A stretch of 64,000 nucleotides of DNA, taken from the NCBI GenBank assembly GCA_046292385.1, contig JBKBRF010000010.1, positions 64,001-128,000 of the forward strand, written 5' to 3'. Under the pieces are notes generated by a model. That model was not told the DNA's origin. It saw only the letters and a list, made by a program, of their open reading frames with translations, and did no database searches. Of the stretch, positions 9,514-18,732 are shown one piece after another; position 1 is the stretch's first letter; the number at the start of each line of letters is the position of its first letter. The position numbers and the translations under genes were made by a program. The DNA comes from Armatimonadota bacterium (GTDB lineage Bacteria > Armatimonadota > SYMT01).

Positions 9514-11121
9514 TCAATCCTTTCTGTGCTCCTCTGTCGGTTCTTCTGTGTCCCTCTGTGTCGAAAAACCAAGAGCCGACCGGAGCTTCCAGACCTCCAT
9601 CCGGACCAGCCGCGCCTCCCCACCCCGCGAGTAGACGGAGATCCCCTGGCTCTCCGGGCGGGGGAAGATCAGCTCCGAGAGCACCGTCTCGCCGTCGTTG
9701 CCGAAGACCTCCACGGAGGAGCGGTCGACGAAGAGGTGCAGCTTCACGCGGCGGCCCCGGAGCGGCATCGGACCGCCGCTGCGGCCGGCGAAGCCCTGGT
9801 TGAAGTCGCTCTTTCCGGAGCGGGTGCGGTCGACGAAGAGCTGCTTCGTTCCCGCGTCGTAGCCGACCCGCGTCTCCTCGCCCTCGCCGGCCCGCACGGT
9901 GAGCCCGACTTCCGCTGCGCCGCCCAGCTCGAGCTCCGCCACGATCTCCACGGCGTCGCCCCACGCGGATCGGTCGAGCACGAGCGGCTTCTCCGGGGTG
10001 AGCCCAGTGGAGCGGACGGTGTGCTTCTCCCCGCGGAGCGAGCGGAGCTGCGGCACCGGCTCCTGCACCATGCGCAGGCCCTCCGGCGTGCGGCGGAGCT
10101 TCAGGGCACGCGGCAGGGTGAGCACGTTGCGCCAGGGGTGGGTCGGCACGTCGTTGGCGTACTGCCAGTTGCTCATCCAGCCGATCCAGTAGCGCTCGCC
10201 CCGCTTGCCGGTGATCCCGGACCAGGAGACCGCCGCGTAGTTGTCGCGACCGTAGTCGGCCCAGAGGATCGTGGAAGGCGGGTTGTCGTTCCGGAACGTC
10301 GTGCCGTCGAACTCGCCGATGAAGTACTCCCCGCCGGAGCCGCCGTTCACGTGGCCGTTGCCCATCCCCACGTGGAGCACCCACTTGCTCTTCCCGGGCT
10401 CCCCCTCGATCGGGAGCGGGAAGAGGTCCGGGCACTCCCAGTTCGCCTTCACCGTGTCCGGCACGCCCGCCGGACCGAACTCGCTCAGCAACTCCCAGCG
10501 CTTCAGATCGGGCGAGCCGTAGAAGCGCAGGCGACGGTCCGCCGCCTTCACCACCGCCATCACCCAGCGGCGGGTCGGCGCGTGCCAGAAGACCTTCGGG
10601 TCGCGGAAGTCTTTCTCCCACGGGATTACCGGGTTGCCCGCGTACTTCGTCCAGGTGCGGCCGTTATCCAGGCTGTACGCCAGGCACTGGCTCTGCATCT
10701 CGTCCGCCGGCCGGTGCCCGGTGTAGATGGCGACCATCGGCGGGTTCTCCTTCGTGCCGAACCCGCTGGTGTTCCGCTCGTCCACCACCGCGGAGCCGGA
10801 GAAGATCATCACGCCGTCCGCCTCCTGCAGCGCCACGGGCAGGTGCTCCCAGTGGACCAGGTCCCGGCTCACCGCGTGCCCCCAGCTCATGTGGCCCCAC
10901 TGGTTGCCGAACGGGTTGTACTGGTGGAACAGGTGGTACTCGCCGCGGTGGTAGACCAGCCCGTTCGGGTCGTTCATGAAGTTGCGGACCGGGCTGTAGT
11001 GGTAGCGCGGCCGGTAGGTCTCCCGCATCAGCGGCTCCGCGCCCGGCTCGGCGGGCTGCCCCAGCGAGGCAGCCTGGCACAGGCAACCGAGCAGCAGTCC
11101 CAGGGCGATTATCTTCAACAC
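9514..11121 (-). CDS. Glycoside hydrolase family 32 (levanase/beta-fructosidase), secreted
   Basis: FMNDPNG, WGHAVS.DLVHW, FSGSAV, FRDPKV, WECPDLF, DRSSVEVF; GTG start at 11121 followed by a signal peptide. Confidence 0.95.
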   Translation of the reverse strand: MLKIIALGLLLGCLCQAASLGQPAEPGAEPLMRETYRPRYHYSPVRNFMNDPNGLVYHRGEYHLFHQYNPFGNQWGHMSWGHAVSRDLVHWEHLPVALQEADGVMIFSGSAVVDERNTSGFGTKENPPMVAIYTGHRPADEMQSQCLAYSLDNGRTWTKYAGNPVIPWEKDFRDPKVFWHAPTRRWVMAVVKAADRRLRFYGSPDLKRWELLSEFGPAGVPDTVKANWECPDLFPLPIEGEPGKSKWVLHVGMGNGHVNGGSGGEYFIGEFDGTTFRNDNPPSTILWADYGRDNYAAVSWSGITGKRGERYWIGWMSNWQYANDVPTHPWRNVLTLPRALKLRRTPEGLRMVQEPVPQLRSLRGEKHTVRSTGLTPEKPLVLDRSAWGDAVEIVAELELGGAAEVGLTVRAGEGEETRVGYDAGTKQLFVDRTRSGKSDFNQGFAGRSGGPMPLRGRRVKLHLFVDRSSVEVFGNDGETVLSELIFPRPESQGISVYSRGGEARLVRMEVWKLRSALGFSTQRDTEEPTEEHRKD

Positions 11122-11388
11122 GATAGGGCTTGTCCTTTCCTGACAACCCGATCCAGCAGCACATTTCGGTCGGGAGGGGCTTGAGCCGGCCCGACTGCAC
11201 TCCCGTCGCTCCATCACCGGAGCGGGCCCGCCTATCAACTGGCGCCAGCGATTCCGTGCACGCGATGAATGGATGATCTTCTGCTTTGACAATGGCTAGA
11301 AGGTTGCCCTCGTTCGCTTGGTGAATGAGCGGTTATGAACCGGTGCCAAAGTAGACGCATCCGGTTGCGGTCTCGACTCGGAGGCGCT

Positions 11389-13155
11389 GTGTCTCTCTCG
11401 AAGCTACGCCGTGCGTTCGTCCTACTCCTCGCGCTCTGCACATTCGGGGCTTATCCGCTTCCGGCTCAGGCCGAGATCCGCGAGGCGGAAGATTCACTCG
11501 TGGACCGCCGCGTGGAGCGACTACTCGGCTCCTTCGGCAATTCCAAGCTGGGCCTGCCGGCCAAGCTTCAGGACGACCGCTCAGTGTACTTGCTAATCAC
11601 CGCCGGCGGCGCGTTCGTGGAAGCGCTGGCACTTGCACGTCCCGCCATTCCCCCTCGGGACCTCGCCGCCGCCCTGGTGAGGTCGGCGGGGACTGAAGCG
11701 GGGACGACGCCAGTGGAGTGGTCGGCCGAGGAAGAATACTCCGCGGCCCGGCTGAAGGTGAGCACTGCCGGCTTCGGCAAGACTTCCGGAAGCTCCACGG
11801 CGCCGGTGGGCCGGCTCACGGCAGGTTTCAGAGCGGCGGGTTTCAGCCCGCACGTCCTCTTCCGCACCCCAAAGCACACAGAGGCCGGCGCGCTCGACTT
11901 TCCCTCAGCGGAGACTCGCAGCTTTCGGATGTACAACGCTTCCGCCGCCCGGCCAGATCTTCAATCCAGCGTACATGCGAGAATGTCAGGCGCGGATGTT
12001 CTCTCCATGCTGTTCTTCGTGGGGTTCGTGCCCGTGGTGGGAATCCTCGGCATGGCGACGGCCATCCTTCTTGCGCGGCGGGCAAGCCTTCCGATCGAAA
12101 CGCGGCGAAAGCTTTATCCCAAGCTCGCTGCCTTCCCTACCTTTATCGCCATCCTGCTCCACGCGCCGCTGACGTTCTTCTACCTGCAGTCTTCTTCGCC
12201 GCGCGTCGTGGTAGACCTCTGGTTCGGGACGTCGGGCGTCGTTGCGCTGGCACCTTTCCTGATGCTCCCCATCCTACCGATGGCACTACTTCTGCCGGTG
12301 AGTAATGCGGTAGAGCGAAAGCTGTTCGGCCCTGCCGAGGAGGTGGCTGCGGTTGAGCCGACGGCGGTTGAGAAGGAGACGGCGCGGCGCTTGATGGTCT
12401 GGTCAATCGTCCCCTCAGCTCTCGGGATCGCTCTCCTGTTGGGGCGTCATCTCTTCCTGCCGCGGAACAGTCCGCTGCAGACGGTCTGCATGGTGGCCGC
12501 GTTTGCCATCATCTTTCTCGGTCCACACGTAGTTCGCCGGCTGCTGCGCGTGGAGAACGCCACCGTCGAGGAAGCGGAGCCGGAGCTCCGGGAGCGGGTG
12601 GAGCGTCTCGCGGGGGAGATGGGCGTGCGGGTGCGGCAGGTAGTCGTAGACGTTAGCACTGCGGGGCGGACCTACGTGAGCGCTCTGGTGATGCTCAACG
12701 GGCGTATCGTGCTCTCGCGGAAACTGGTAGAGACGCTGTCTGAATCCGAGCAGGCTTTTATCCTCGCCCACGAGATGGCGCACCTCCGCCGCCAGCACAT
12801 TCCGCGGAGGCTCGCCCTCACTCTGGTCAGCGCGGCGATGTTCGTGCTTCCGATCAGTCTCGGGCTGATTGGCCGCTTCCCGTTGCCGAACGGGCTGATT
12901 CTCGTCAGCGGCCTCGGCGGGATGTTGCTGTACTTCGTCGGGACCCGCTGGCTGAGCCGCCGGCAGGAGCTGGAAGCCGACCGCCTGGCGGTAGAGACCA
13001 CGGGTGATCCCGTCGTGGCGGAGCGTGCCCTGCTCCTGATGATGCAGCACTCCCCACTGCCGTTCGTGCACGAAGTGGAGGATCTCTCCACACACCCGCG
13101 GCTCTCCCGCCGGCTGGAGCTTCTCCGCGCCGCCGGCAGCGCAGCGCCGAGGTAG
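11389..13155 (+). CDS. Membrane M48 family metallopeptidase
   Basis: LAHEMAH, ELEADRLA, STHP; several TM segments; GGAGG before GTG 11389. Confidence 0.85.
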   Translation: MSLSKLRRAFVLLLALCTFGAYPLPAQAEIREAEDSLVDRRVERLLGSFGNSKLGLPAKLQDDRSVYLLITAGGAFVEALALARPAIPPRDLAAALVRSAGTEAGTTPVEWSAEEEYSAARLKVSTAGFGKTSGSSTAPVGRLTAGFRAAGFSPHVLFRTPKHTEAGALDFPSAETRSFRMYNASAARPDLQSSVHARMSGADVLSMLFFVGFVPVVGILGMATAILLARRASLPIETRRKLYPKLAAFPTFIAILLHAPLTFFYLQSSSPRVVVDLWFGTSGVVALAPFLMLPILPMALLLPVSNAVERKLFGPAEEVAAVEPTAVEKETARRLMVWSIVPSALGIALLLGRHLFLPRNSPLQTVCMVAAFAIIFLGPHVVRRLLRVENATVEEAEPELRERVERLAGEMGVRVRQVVVDVSTAGRTYVSALVMLNGRIVLSRKLVETLSESEQAFILAHEMAHLRRQHIPRRLALTLVSAAMFVLPISLGLIGRFPLPNGLILVSGLGGMLLYFVGTRWLSRRQELEADRLAVETTGDPVVAERALLLMMQHSPLPFVHEVEDLSTHPRLSRRLELLRAAGSAAPR

Positions 13156-13176
13156 CAGGCCAATGGTACCCACCCC

Positions 13177-14064
13177 CTACCCCTTCAGCCCGCCGAGGGC
13201 GATGCCGTCTACGAAGTACCGCTGCGCCAGCAGGTAGACCACCAGCACGGGGAGCACCACGAACGAGGCGCCGGCCATCAGGAGCGGCCAGCTCATCACG
13301 TAGTGCCCGGCGGAGAGGGCGGAGATGGCGAGGGGCAGGGTGCGCATCTCGTCGCTCTTCACCACGATCAGCGGCCCGAGGAAGTCGTTCCACGCGCCCA
13401 GGAAGGTGAAGACGGCGAGGGTGGCGACCGCCGGCTTCGCCAGGGGGAGCATCACCTGCCAGAAGACCCGGTACTCGGTGGCGCCGTCGATCCGGGCGGC
13501 GTCGAGGTAGTCGTCCGGGATCGTCAGCATGTACTGCCGGAGAAAGAAGATCCCGAAGGCGCCGGCGAGGCCGGGGACCACCAGCCCGGGGTAGGTATCG
13601 AGCCAGGCGAGCTGCTTCAGGAGCAGGAAGGTGGGGATCATCGTCACCTGGTACGGGATCATCAGCGTCGCCAGGAGCCCCATGAAGAGGACGTTCCGGC
13701 CGCGGAACTCGTACTTGGCGAAGCCGAACGCCGCCAGGGAGTTGAGGAGCAGGCTCCCCACGGTGATGCAGACGCTCACCACCACGCTGTTGAAGAAGAA
13801 GCGGCCGAACGGGGCGATGGTCCACGCCGCCGGGTAGTTCTCCCAGCGCAGCGGCCAGGTGAAGAGCCGCGGCGGGAAGGCGAACGCCTCCGTGTCGGTG
13901 CGGAGCGAGGTGAGCACCATCCAGACGAACGGCAGGATCATCGCCAGGCCGCCGAGCATCAGCACGACCCACAGCACGCCCCGGCCGAGCTTCACCAGCG
14001 GCGAGCCGCCCGTGACGGCTCCCCCCTCGCCGCCGCGGGGCTGCAGGTGCTTCAACGTCTTCAC
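13177..14064 (-). CDS. Carbohydrate ABC transporter permease (MalG-like)
   Basis: DAARIDGA EAA loop, WNDFLGPLI; GTGA overlap with the upstream permease. Confidence 0.93.
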   Translation of the reverse strand: MKTLKHLQPRGGEGGAVTGGSPLVKLGRGVLWVVLMLGGLAMILPFVWMVLTSLRTDTEAFAFPPRLFTWPLRWENYPAAWTIAPFGRFFFNSVVVSVCITVGSLLLNSLAAFGFAKYEFRGRNVLFMGLLATLMIPYQVTMIPTFLLLKQLAWLDTYPGLVVPGLAGAFGIFFLRQYMLTIPDDYLDAARIDGATEYRVFWQVMLPLAKPAVATLAVFTFLGAWNDFLGPLIVVKSDEMRTLPLAISALSAGHYVMSWPLLMAGASFVVLPVLVVYLLAQRYFVDGIALGGLKG

Positions 14065-14942
14065 TGCCACGTCTTCAGCCTCCGCTCGTAGAAGTGTCGC
14101 TGGAGCAGCGTGAGGACCAGGATGATCACGAAGAGGAGCACCGCCATCGCGGAGGCGTAGCCCATCTCCAGGTTCCGGAAGGCGCTCTGCCACAGGTAGA
14201 AGAGGTAGACGCGGGTGCGGTCGAGCGGCCCGCCGTTGGTCATGATGTAAACGCTCTGGAAGACCTGGAACCCGCCGATCATCCCCATCATCGTGAGGAA
14301 CATGGTGGTCGGCGTGAGCAGCGGCCAGGTCACGAATTTGAAGGTCTGCCAGCCGCCGGCGCCGTCGATCTTCGCCGCCTCGTGCACCTCCTCCGGGATC
14401 GAGCGCAGCCCCGCCAGGTAGATCAGCACCCCGAAACCGAGGCCGTGCCACACGCCGACCGCCGCCACGGAGGGCATCGCCAGGTTCGGATCGCTGAGCC
14501 ACCCGGGGCCGGCGAAGCCGAGCCAGCGCAGCCCGGCGTTGATCAGGCCGTACTCCGGATTGAGCAGCCACTCCCAGACGAAGGCGACGGCCGCCAGGCT
14601 GGTGACGTGCGGCAGGAAGTAGATGGCGCGGGCGAAGGAGCGGCCGACAAACCACTTCTGGTGCAGCGTCACCGCGATGGCGAGGGAGAGCGCCAGGCTG
14701 GTCGGCAGCGTGAGCAGCACGTAGATCGCGGTGTTCAGCAGGGTCGACCAGACCAGCGGGTCGTCCTTCAGCCGCGCGTAGTTCTCCACCCCGATGTAGC
14801 GCGGGGAGCCGATCGCGTCGAACTGGGTGAAGCTGAGCGCGATTCCCCAGAGGCACGGGATCACCACGAACATGCCGATGATCAGCAGCGCCGGGGCGAC
14901 GAACTCCCACCCCCACGCCTGCTGCGTGCGCCGCGGCTTCAT
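14061..14942 (-). CDS. Carbohydrate ABC transporter permease (MalF-like)
   Basis: IYLAGLRSIPEEVHEAAKIDGA, MTNGGP, MGYASAMA. Confidence 0.95.
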   Translation of the reverse strand: MKPRRTQQAWGWEFVAPALLIIGMFVVIPCLWGIALSFTQFDAIGSPRYIGVENYARLKDDPLVWSTLLNTAIYVLLTLPTSLALSLAIAVTLHQKWFVGRSFARAIYFLPHVTSLAAVAFVWEWLLNPEYGLINAGLRWLGFAGPGWLSDPNLAMPSVAAVGVWHGLGFGVLIYLAGLRSIPEEVHEAAKIDGAGGWQTFKFVTWPLLTPTTMFLTMMGMIGGFQVFQSVYIMTNGGPLDRTRVYLFYLWQSAFRNLEMGYASAMAVLLFVIILVLTLLQRHFYERRLKTWQ

Positions 14943-16336
14943 TGCGCCTCTCCCTCGGGCGCCTCTCCCGGCGGCGTCTCGCCCCGCGCGATCGCCTCGG
15001 ACCGCTTCATCTTCGCGATCTCCGTATTGATCTTCTCCGCCGCGGTCCGCAGCGCCACGGCGGGGTCGACCTTCTCCAGCAGGGCACGATCGACCGCCTC
15101 CTGCAGGTGGAGCATCATGCGGTCGCTGTACGGGTTACAGAACTCCACCGTCGTCCAGCCCTGCTCCAGCACCTGCGGGATCCAGCCGCACTTCTCCTCG
15201 AACTCCTCCGCGGTGTCGATGCCGGGGATCTTGCCCTCCGCGCCCGTCACCTCCCGGAACTTCGGAGAGCGCAGGGCGGACCACCGCGCGGGCGGCGCCA
15301 CCCACAGGAACTGCCAGTACTTCTCCAGCGCCTCTTTGCTGCTCAGGAACTTCGCGAGCTTCCAGGCCGCCTCCGGGTGCTTCGTGTCGCGGCTCAGCGC
15401 CCAGTAGCAGGAGGTGCTGACCGAGCTGGCGTGCTTCCCCCGCGGCACCGGCGCCACGCCGAAGCGGAGGCGCGGCGCGTTCTTCTTGAGGGAGGGGGTG
15501 CGCCAGCTTCCGTCGATATACATCGCCACCTTGCCGGCCTCGAAGAACTTATCCGGCCCAAGACCGCCGCGTTGGGAGTTGGTCCGCGTCAGCGTGTAGC
15601 TCTGCATCAGGCTGCGGTAGAAGCTCAGCGCCTCCGCCGCCTCCGGGCTATCGAGGGTGGAGCGCTCGCCGTCCTCGGACCAGAACTTGCCGCCGGCCTG
15701 GTAAACGAACGGCCGGAACGTGGCGGCGCCCCAGGCGAAGTCGATCCCCACCACGTCCGCGTGGCCGTCTCCGTCGCGGTCCTTGGTCAGCTTCTTCGCG
15801 GCATCGTGGAGCTGCTTCCAGGTCCAGGTGGAGTCCGGATAGAAGATCCCGGCCTCGTCGAACAGGTCCTTGTTGAAGTAGAGCCCCTGGATGTTGATGT
15901 CCTGGGGAATGCCGTAGGTCTCCCCGTTGTACTTCAGGCTCTCCCAGAGGATCGGGATGAAGTCGCTCCGGTCGACCCCGTCCGGCCCGTCGATGAACCG
16001 GTCGAGCGGCAGGTTCAGCCCCCGCCGGAACCAGCCCATCGTCGACTCGATGTTCAGCCGGATCACGTCCGGCGCGATGCCGCCCGCGTGGGAGAGGAGG
16101 ATGCGGCTGTTGTAGTCCTCGAAGTGGTGGAAGCGGACGCGGAAGCCGGGGTTCTGCCGCTCGAACTCCGGGATGTAGACCTTGGTGTAGAGGTCGTTCT
16201 CCCACGGCATCCCCCAGACGCTCATCTCCAGGTGGATCTCGCGCCCACCGCCCGGCGCGGCCGCGGGAGCATTCCCCGTCAGGAGGAGGCGCAGGATCAG
16301 GAGCGCCAGCGCTCCCAGGGTCAACAGGCGGATCAT
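14939..16336 (-). CDS. Sugar ABC transporter substrate-binding protein
   Basis: APDVI, GETYGIP, LYFNKDLFDEAG, FEAGKVAM.IDGSW; N-terminal hydrophobic segment. Confidence 0.92.
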   Translation of the reverse strand: MIRLLTLGALALLILRLLLTGNAPAAAPGGGREIHLEMSVWGMPWENDLYTKVYIPEFERQNPGFRVRFHHFEDYNSRILLSHAGGIAPDVIRLNIESTMGWFRRGLNLPLDRFIDGPDGVDRSDFIPILWESLKYNGETYGIPQDINIQGLYFNKDLFDEAGIFYPDSTWTWKQLHDAAKKLTKDRDGDGHADVVGIDFAWGAATFRPFVYQAGGKFWSEDGERSTLDSPEAAEALSFYRSLMQSYTLTRTNSQRGGLGPDKFFEAGKVAMYIDGSWRTPSLKKNAPRLRFGVAPVPRGKHASSVSTSCYWALSRDTKHPEAAWKLAKFLSSKEALEKYWQFLWVAPPARWSALRSPKFREVTGAEGKIPGIDTAEEFEEKCGWIPQVLEQGWTTVEFCNPYSDRMMLHLQEAVDRALLEKVDPAVALRTAAEKINTEIAKMKRSEAIARGETPPGEAPEGEAQ

Positions 16337-16565
16337 CGTCCGTTTCTCCGGGCTCCCCTGCCGGACTTCAGCGGAGACAGGCAGCGGGCTGGCGACGCCA
16401 GACCGCCCGGCAGGAGTCCCTCCCTTTTGGCTCTCGATCGATGAGTCTCCTTGTTATCGTGCCTGTACGTGCGCCGCGCGGCCAGTTCGAGGGCAGGAAG
16501 CGCCCCCCTCGGCTCCGAAGCAGGGAGAGAGAGACCGAACGGGATTTGGCAGAGGAGATGACCGG

Positions 16566-17015
16566 ATGGAACCGGATTACGAGGCGATGCTGCAGGTCGC
16601 CATCGAAGAGGCGCGGCTCGGATTGGCGGAAGGCGGTATCCCGATCGGCGCCGCCCTCTTCAAGGCGGACGGCACCCTGCTCGGCCGGGGCCACAACCGC
16701 CGGGTGCAGGAGGGCGACCCCTCCGTCCACGGCGAGACCGACGCCTTCCGCAAGGCGGGTCGCCAGCGGAGCTACCGGGACAAGATCATGGTCACGACGC
16801 TTGCCCCGTGCTGGTACTGCAGCGGCCTGGTACGGCAGTTCGGCATCGGGACGGTGGTGGTCGGCGAGTCGGTCACCTTCCAGGGCGGGATCGACTGGCT
16901 CCGAGAGCTCGGCGTCCGCGTGATCGACCTCCACTCCGAGGAGTGCGTAAGGATGCTCGGCGACTACATCGCCGCCCACCCCGAGGTCTGGAACGAGGAC
17001 ATCGGAGAGGAGTAG
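16566..17015 (+). CDS. Cytosine/nucleoside deaminase (CDA fold)
   Basis: EGGIPIGA, GHNRRVQ, HGETD, TTLAPCWYC, WNEDIGE. Confidence 0.93.
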   Translation: MEPDYEAMLQVAIEEARLGLAEGGIPIGAALFKADGTLLGRGHNRRVQEGDPSVHGETDAFRKAGRQRSYRDKIMVTTLAPCWYCSGLVRQFGIGTVVVGESVTFQGGIDWLRELGVRVIDLHSEECVRMLGDYIAAHPEVWNEDIGEE

Positions 17016-17027
17016 GGGCCCGAGCCA

Positions 17028-17080
17028 CCGGGCGGTTGAAACCACGGCAACAACAGCACGAAGTCCGCCTTCGCGGACTC
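17028..17080 (-). repeat. REP-like family B copy 2
   Basis: Reverse complement AGTCCGCGAAGGCGGACTTCG..., with a compensatory stem change relative to copy 1. Confidence 0.7.
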
Positions 17081-17268
17081 AGGTGGGCTTGAGTCGGGCG
17101 TCCGGAGGACGCGTGGCCGCAGGCCGACGAGCGAGGTATTTTAATGCCTCGCTCGCCCGCCGGATGCGGAACAGCCCTGCGGCGCACCCGAAGAGCCTCC
17201 CGCCCGGCACGATCTACCGCCAGGCGGTACGGGCCCGCCGCTACGCAATACGCAGCACGGAATACGTC

Positions 17269-18375
17269 CTACTGCACCTGCATCGGCATTACGACCATCA
17301 GGTAGTCCTCGCCGTCGACGGGGCGCACCACGGCGGGGCTCAGCGGCTCGCTCAGCTCCAGGAAGACGCCGTGGCTCTCCACCACACCCAGGACGTCGAG
17401 CAGGTAGTTGACGTTGAACGCGATGGCGATCTCGTCGCCCTCGCGCGCCACCTCTACCTCTTCGTGGGCCCGGCCCAGCTCGCCGTCCGCGGTCACCAGC
17501 AGGCTCTCGCCCTCGGCGGCCACCACCACCCGGTCCTTCGCGGCGGCGGCTCGGGCGACGATGCGCGCGCGGCGGAGCGCCGACTGGAAGTCTTCCCGCT
17601 CCACCGTCAGGCGGCGGGTGTAGCCGGAGGGGATCACCCGCTCGTAGCGGGGGAACTGCCCCTCGATCAGGCGGGAGATCAGGATCATCGTCTCGGTGCG
17701 GAACTGGATCTGGTTCTGGTCTACGCGCACGTGGAGCGGCTTCTCGCCGTCGTCCGCCAGCACCCGCATCAGCTCGTTCATCGCGCGGACCGGGACGATC
17801 ACCGTGGTGTCGCCGCTCGCTTCGGTCACCTTCGCGGTCCGCACCGCCAGCCGGTGGGTATCGGTCGCCGCCAGCCGCAGGGTGCCGTCCTGCACGATGA
17901 AGCAGACGCCAGTGAGGATCGGGCGGGTGTCGTCGTCGGAGGCGGCGAGCGCGGTCTGCCGGATCATGTCCTTCATCAGGGGCTGCGGAAGCTGCAGCGT
18001 CACCGCGCCGCCCACCTCCGGCAGCGCGGGGAAGTCCTCCGCGGTCAGGCCGTGGATCCGGTACTCGGAGCGGAGGCAGCAGATCAGCAGGTTGTCCTGG
18101 TCGTCGCCCGCCAGAGAGACGTCCGCCTCCGGCAGCGCGCCCACGATCTCGCCGATCGTCTTCGCCGGGACGGTCAGGGAGCCGGGCTCCTGCACCCGCG
18201 CGGGCACCAGCACCTCCACTCCCAGCTCCAGGTCGGTCGCGGAGAGCTTGATCGAGTCGGTGCCCGCCTCGATCAAGACGTTCTTCAGCACCGGCAGCGT
18301 GGTGTGGGTGGAGACGGCGCGGCTGACGACCTGCAGTCCTTCGAAGAGATCCTTACGCGGGATCGTGAGCTTCAT
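17269..18375 (-). CDS. dnaN: DNA polymerase III subunit beta (sliding clamp)
   Basis: 368 aa; LPVLKNVLI, LSATDLE, DDTRPILTGV, ATDTHRLA, SRLIEGQFPRYERVIP, IAFNVNYLLD, VVMPM; GGAGG RBS. Confidence 0.97.
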   Translation of the reverse strand: MKLTIPRKDLFEGLQVVSRAVSTHTTLPVLKNVLIEAGTDSIKLSATDLELGVEVLVPARVQEPGSLTVPAKTIGEIVGALPEADVSLAGDDQDNLLICCLRSEYRIHGLTAEDFPALPEVGGAVTLQLPQPLMKDMIRQTALAASDDDTRPILTGVCFIVQDGTLRLAATDTHRLAVRTAKVTEASGDTTVIVPVRAMNELMRVLADDGEKPLHVRVDQNQIQFRTETMILISRLIEGQFPRYERVIPSGYTRRLTVEREDFQSALRRARIVARAAAAKDRVVVAAEGESLLVTADGELGRAHEEVEVAREGDEIAIAFNVNYLLDVLGVVESHGVFLELSEPLSPAVVRPVDGEDYLMVVMPMQVQ

Positions 18376-18447
18376 AATCTAACCTCCGTAGAGTGGATGA
18401 CCGGATGAAGGGGCCCTCGGAGAGGGCGGGGTGTGGGGCAGAAGGGG

Positions 18448-18732
18448 CTATTCCCGGATCCCGAGGACCAGCTGTCCCGGCGCTTCCGGCTCCCGCTCCG
18501 AGAGGTCCAGCTCCCGGCGCAGGTGAGCGAAGGCGGCCTGGAGGAACGCCTCACCGGGCTCGGGCTGCGCCTGGGCGGAGGTGAGGAGCTGGAGCGCCAC
18601 GCGGACCGTCTCCACCTCGTCCCGGCACGCAGAGCACCGCAGGAGGTGACGCTGGATGCGGTCGCAGAGCTCCTCCGGGAGCTCGCCGTCCAGGTAGTTC
18701 CCGGCCAGCGCCTGAATATCCGCGCACTTCAT
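18448..18732 (-). CDS. Soluble zinc-binding anti-sigma factor (zf-HC2) with C-terminal clamp-binding-like motif
   Basis: 94 aa; MKC...YLDGEL...HLLRCSAC (HxxxCxxC); no TM segment; ends PGQLVLGIRE; ATGA overlap with the sigma stop. Confidence 0.88.
   Translation of the reverse strand: MKCADIQALAGNYLDGELPEELCDRIQRHLLRCSACRDEVETVRVALQLLTSAQAQPEPGEAFLQAAFAHLRRELDLSEREPEAPGQLVLGIRE

Larger units (their letters stand above)
8520..9568. mobile_element. Non-coding composite element bounded by 23-bp perfect inverted repeats (MITE/REPIN-like)
   Basis: TTTTTCGACACAGAGGGACACAG at 8520-8542 and its reverse complement at 9546-9568; contains two inverted family A copies; no credible ORF. Confidence 0.5.

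Noticed and set aside
8603..9623. ORFs within the repeat cassette as a transposase
   Set aside because: Low-complexity Arg/Pro/Gly translations with no DDE, HUH or serine-recombinase motifs
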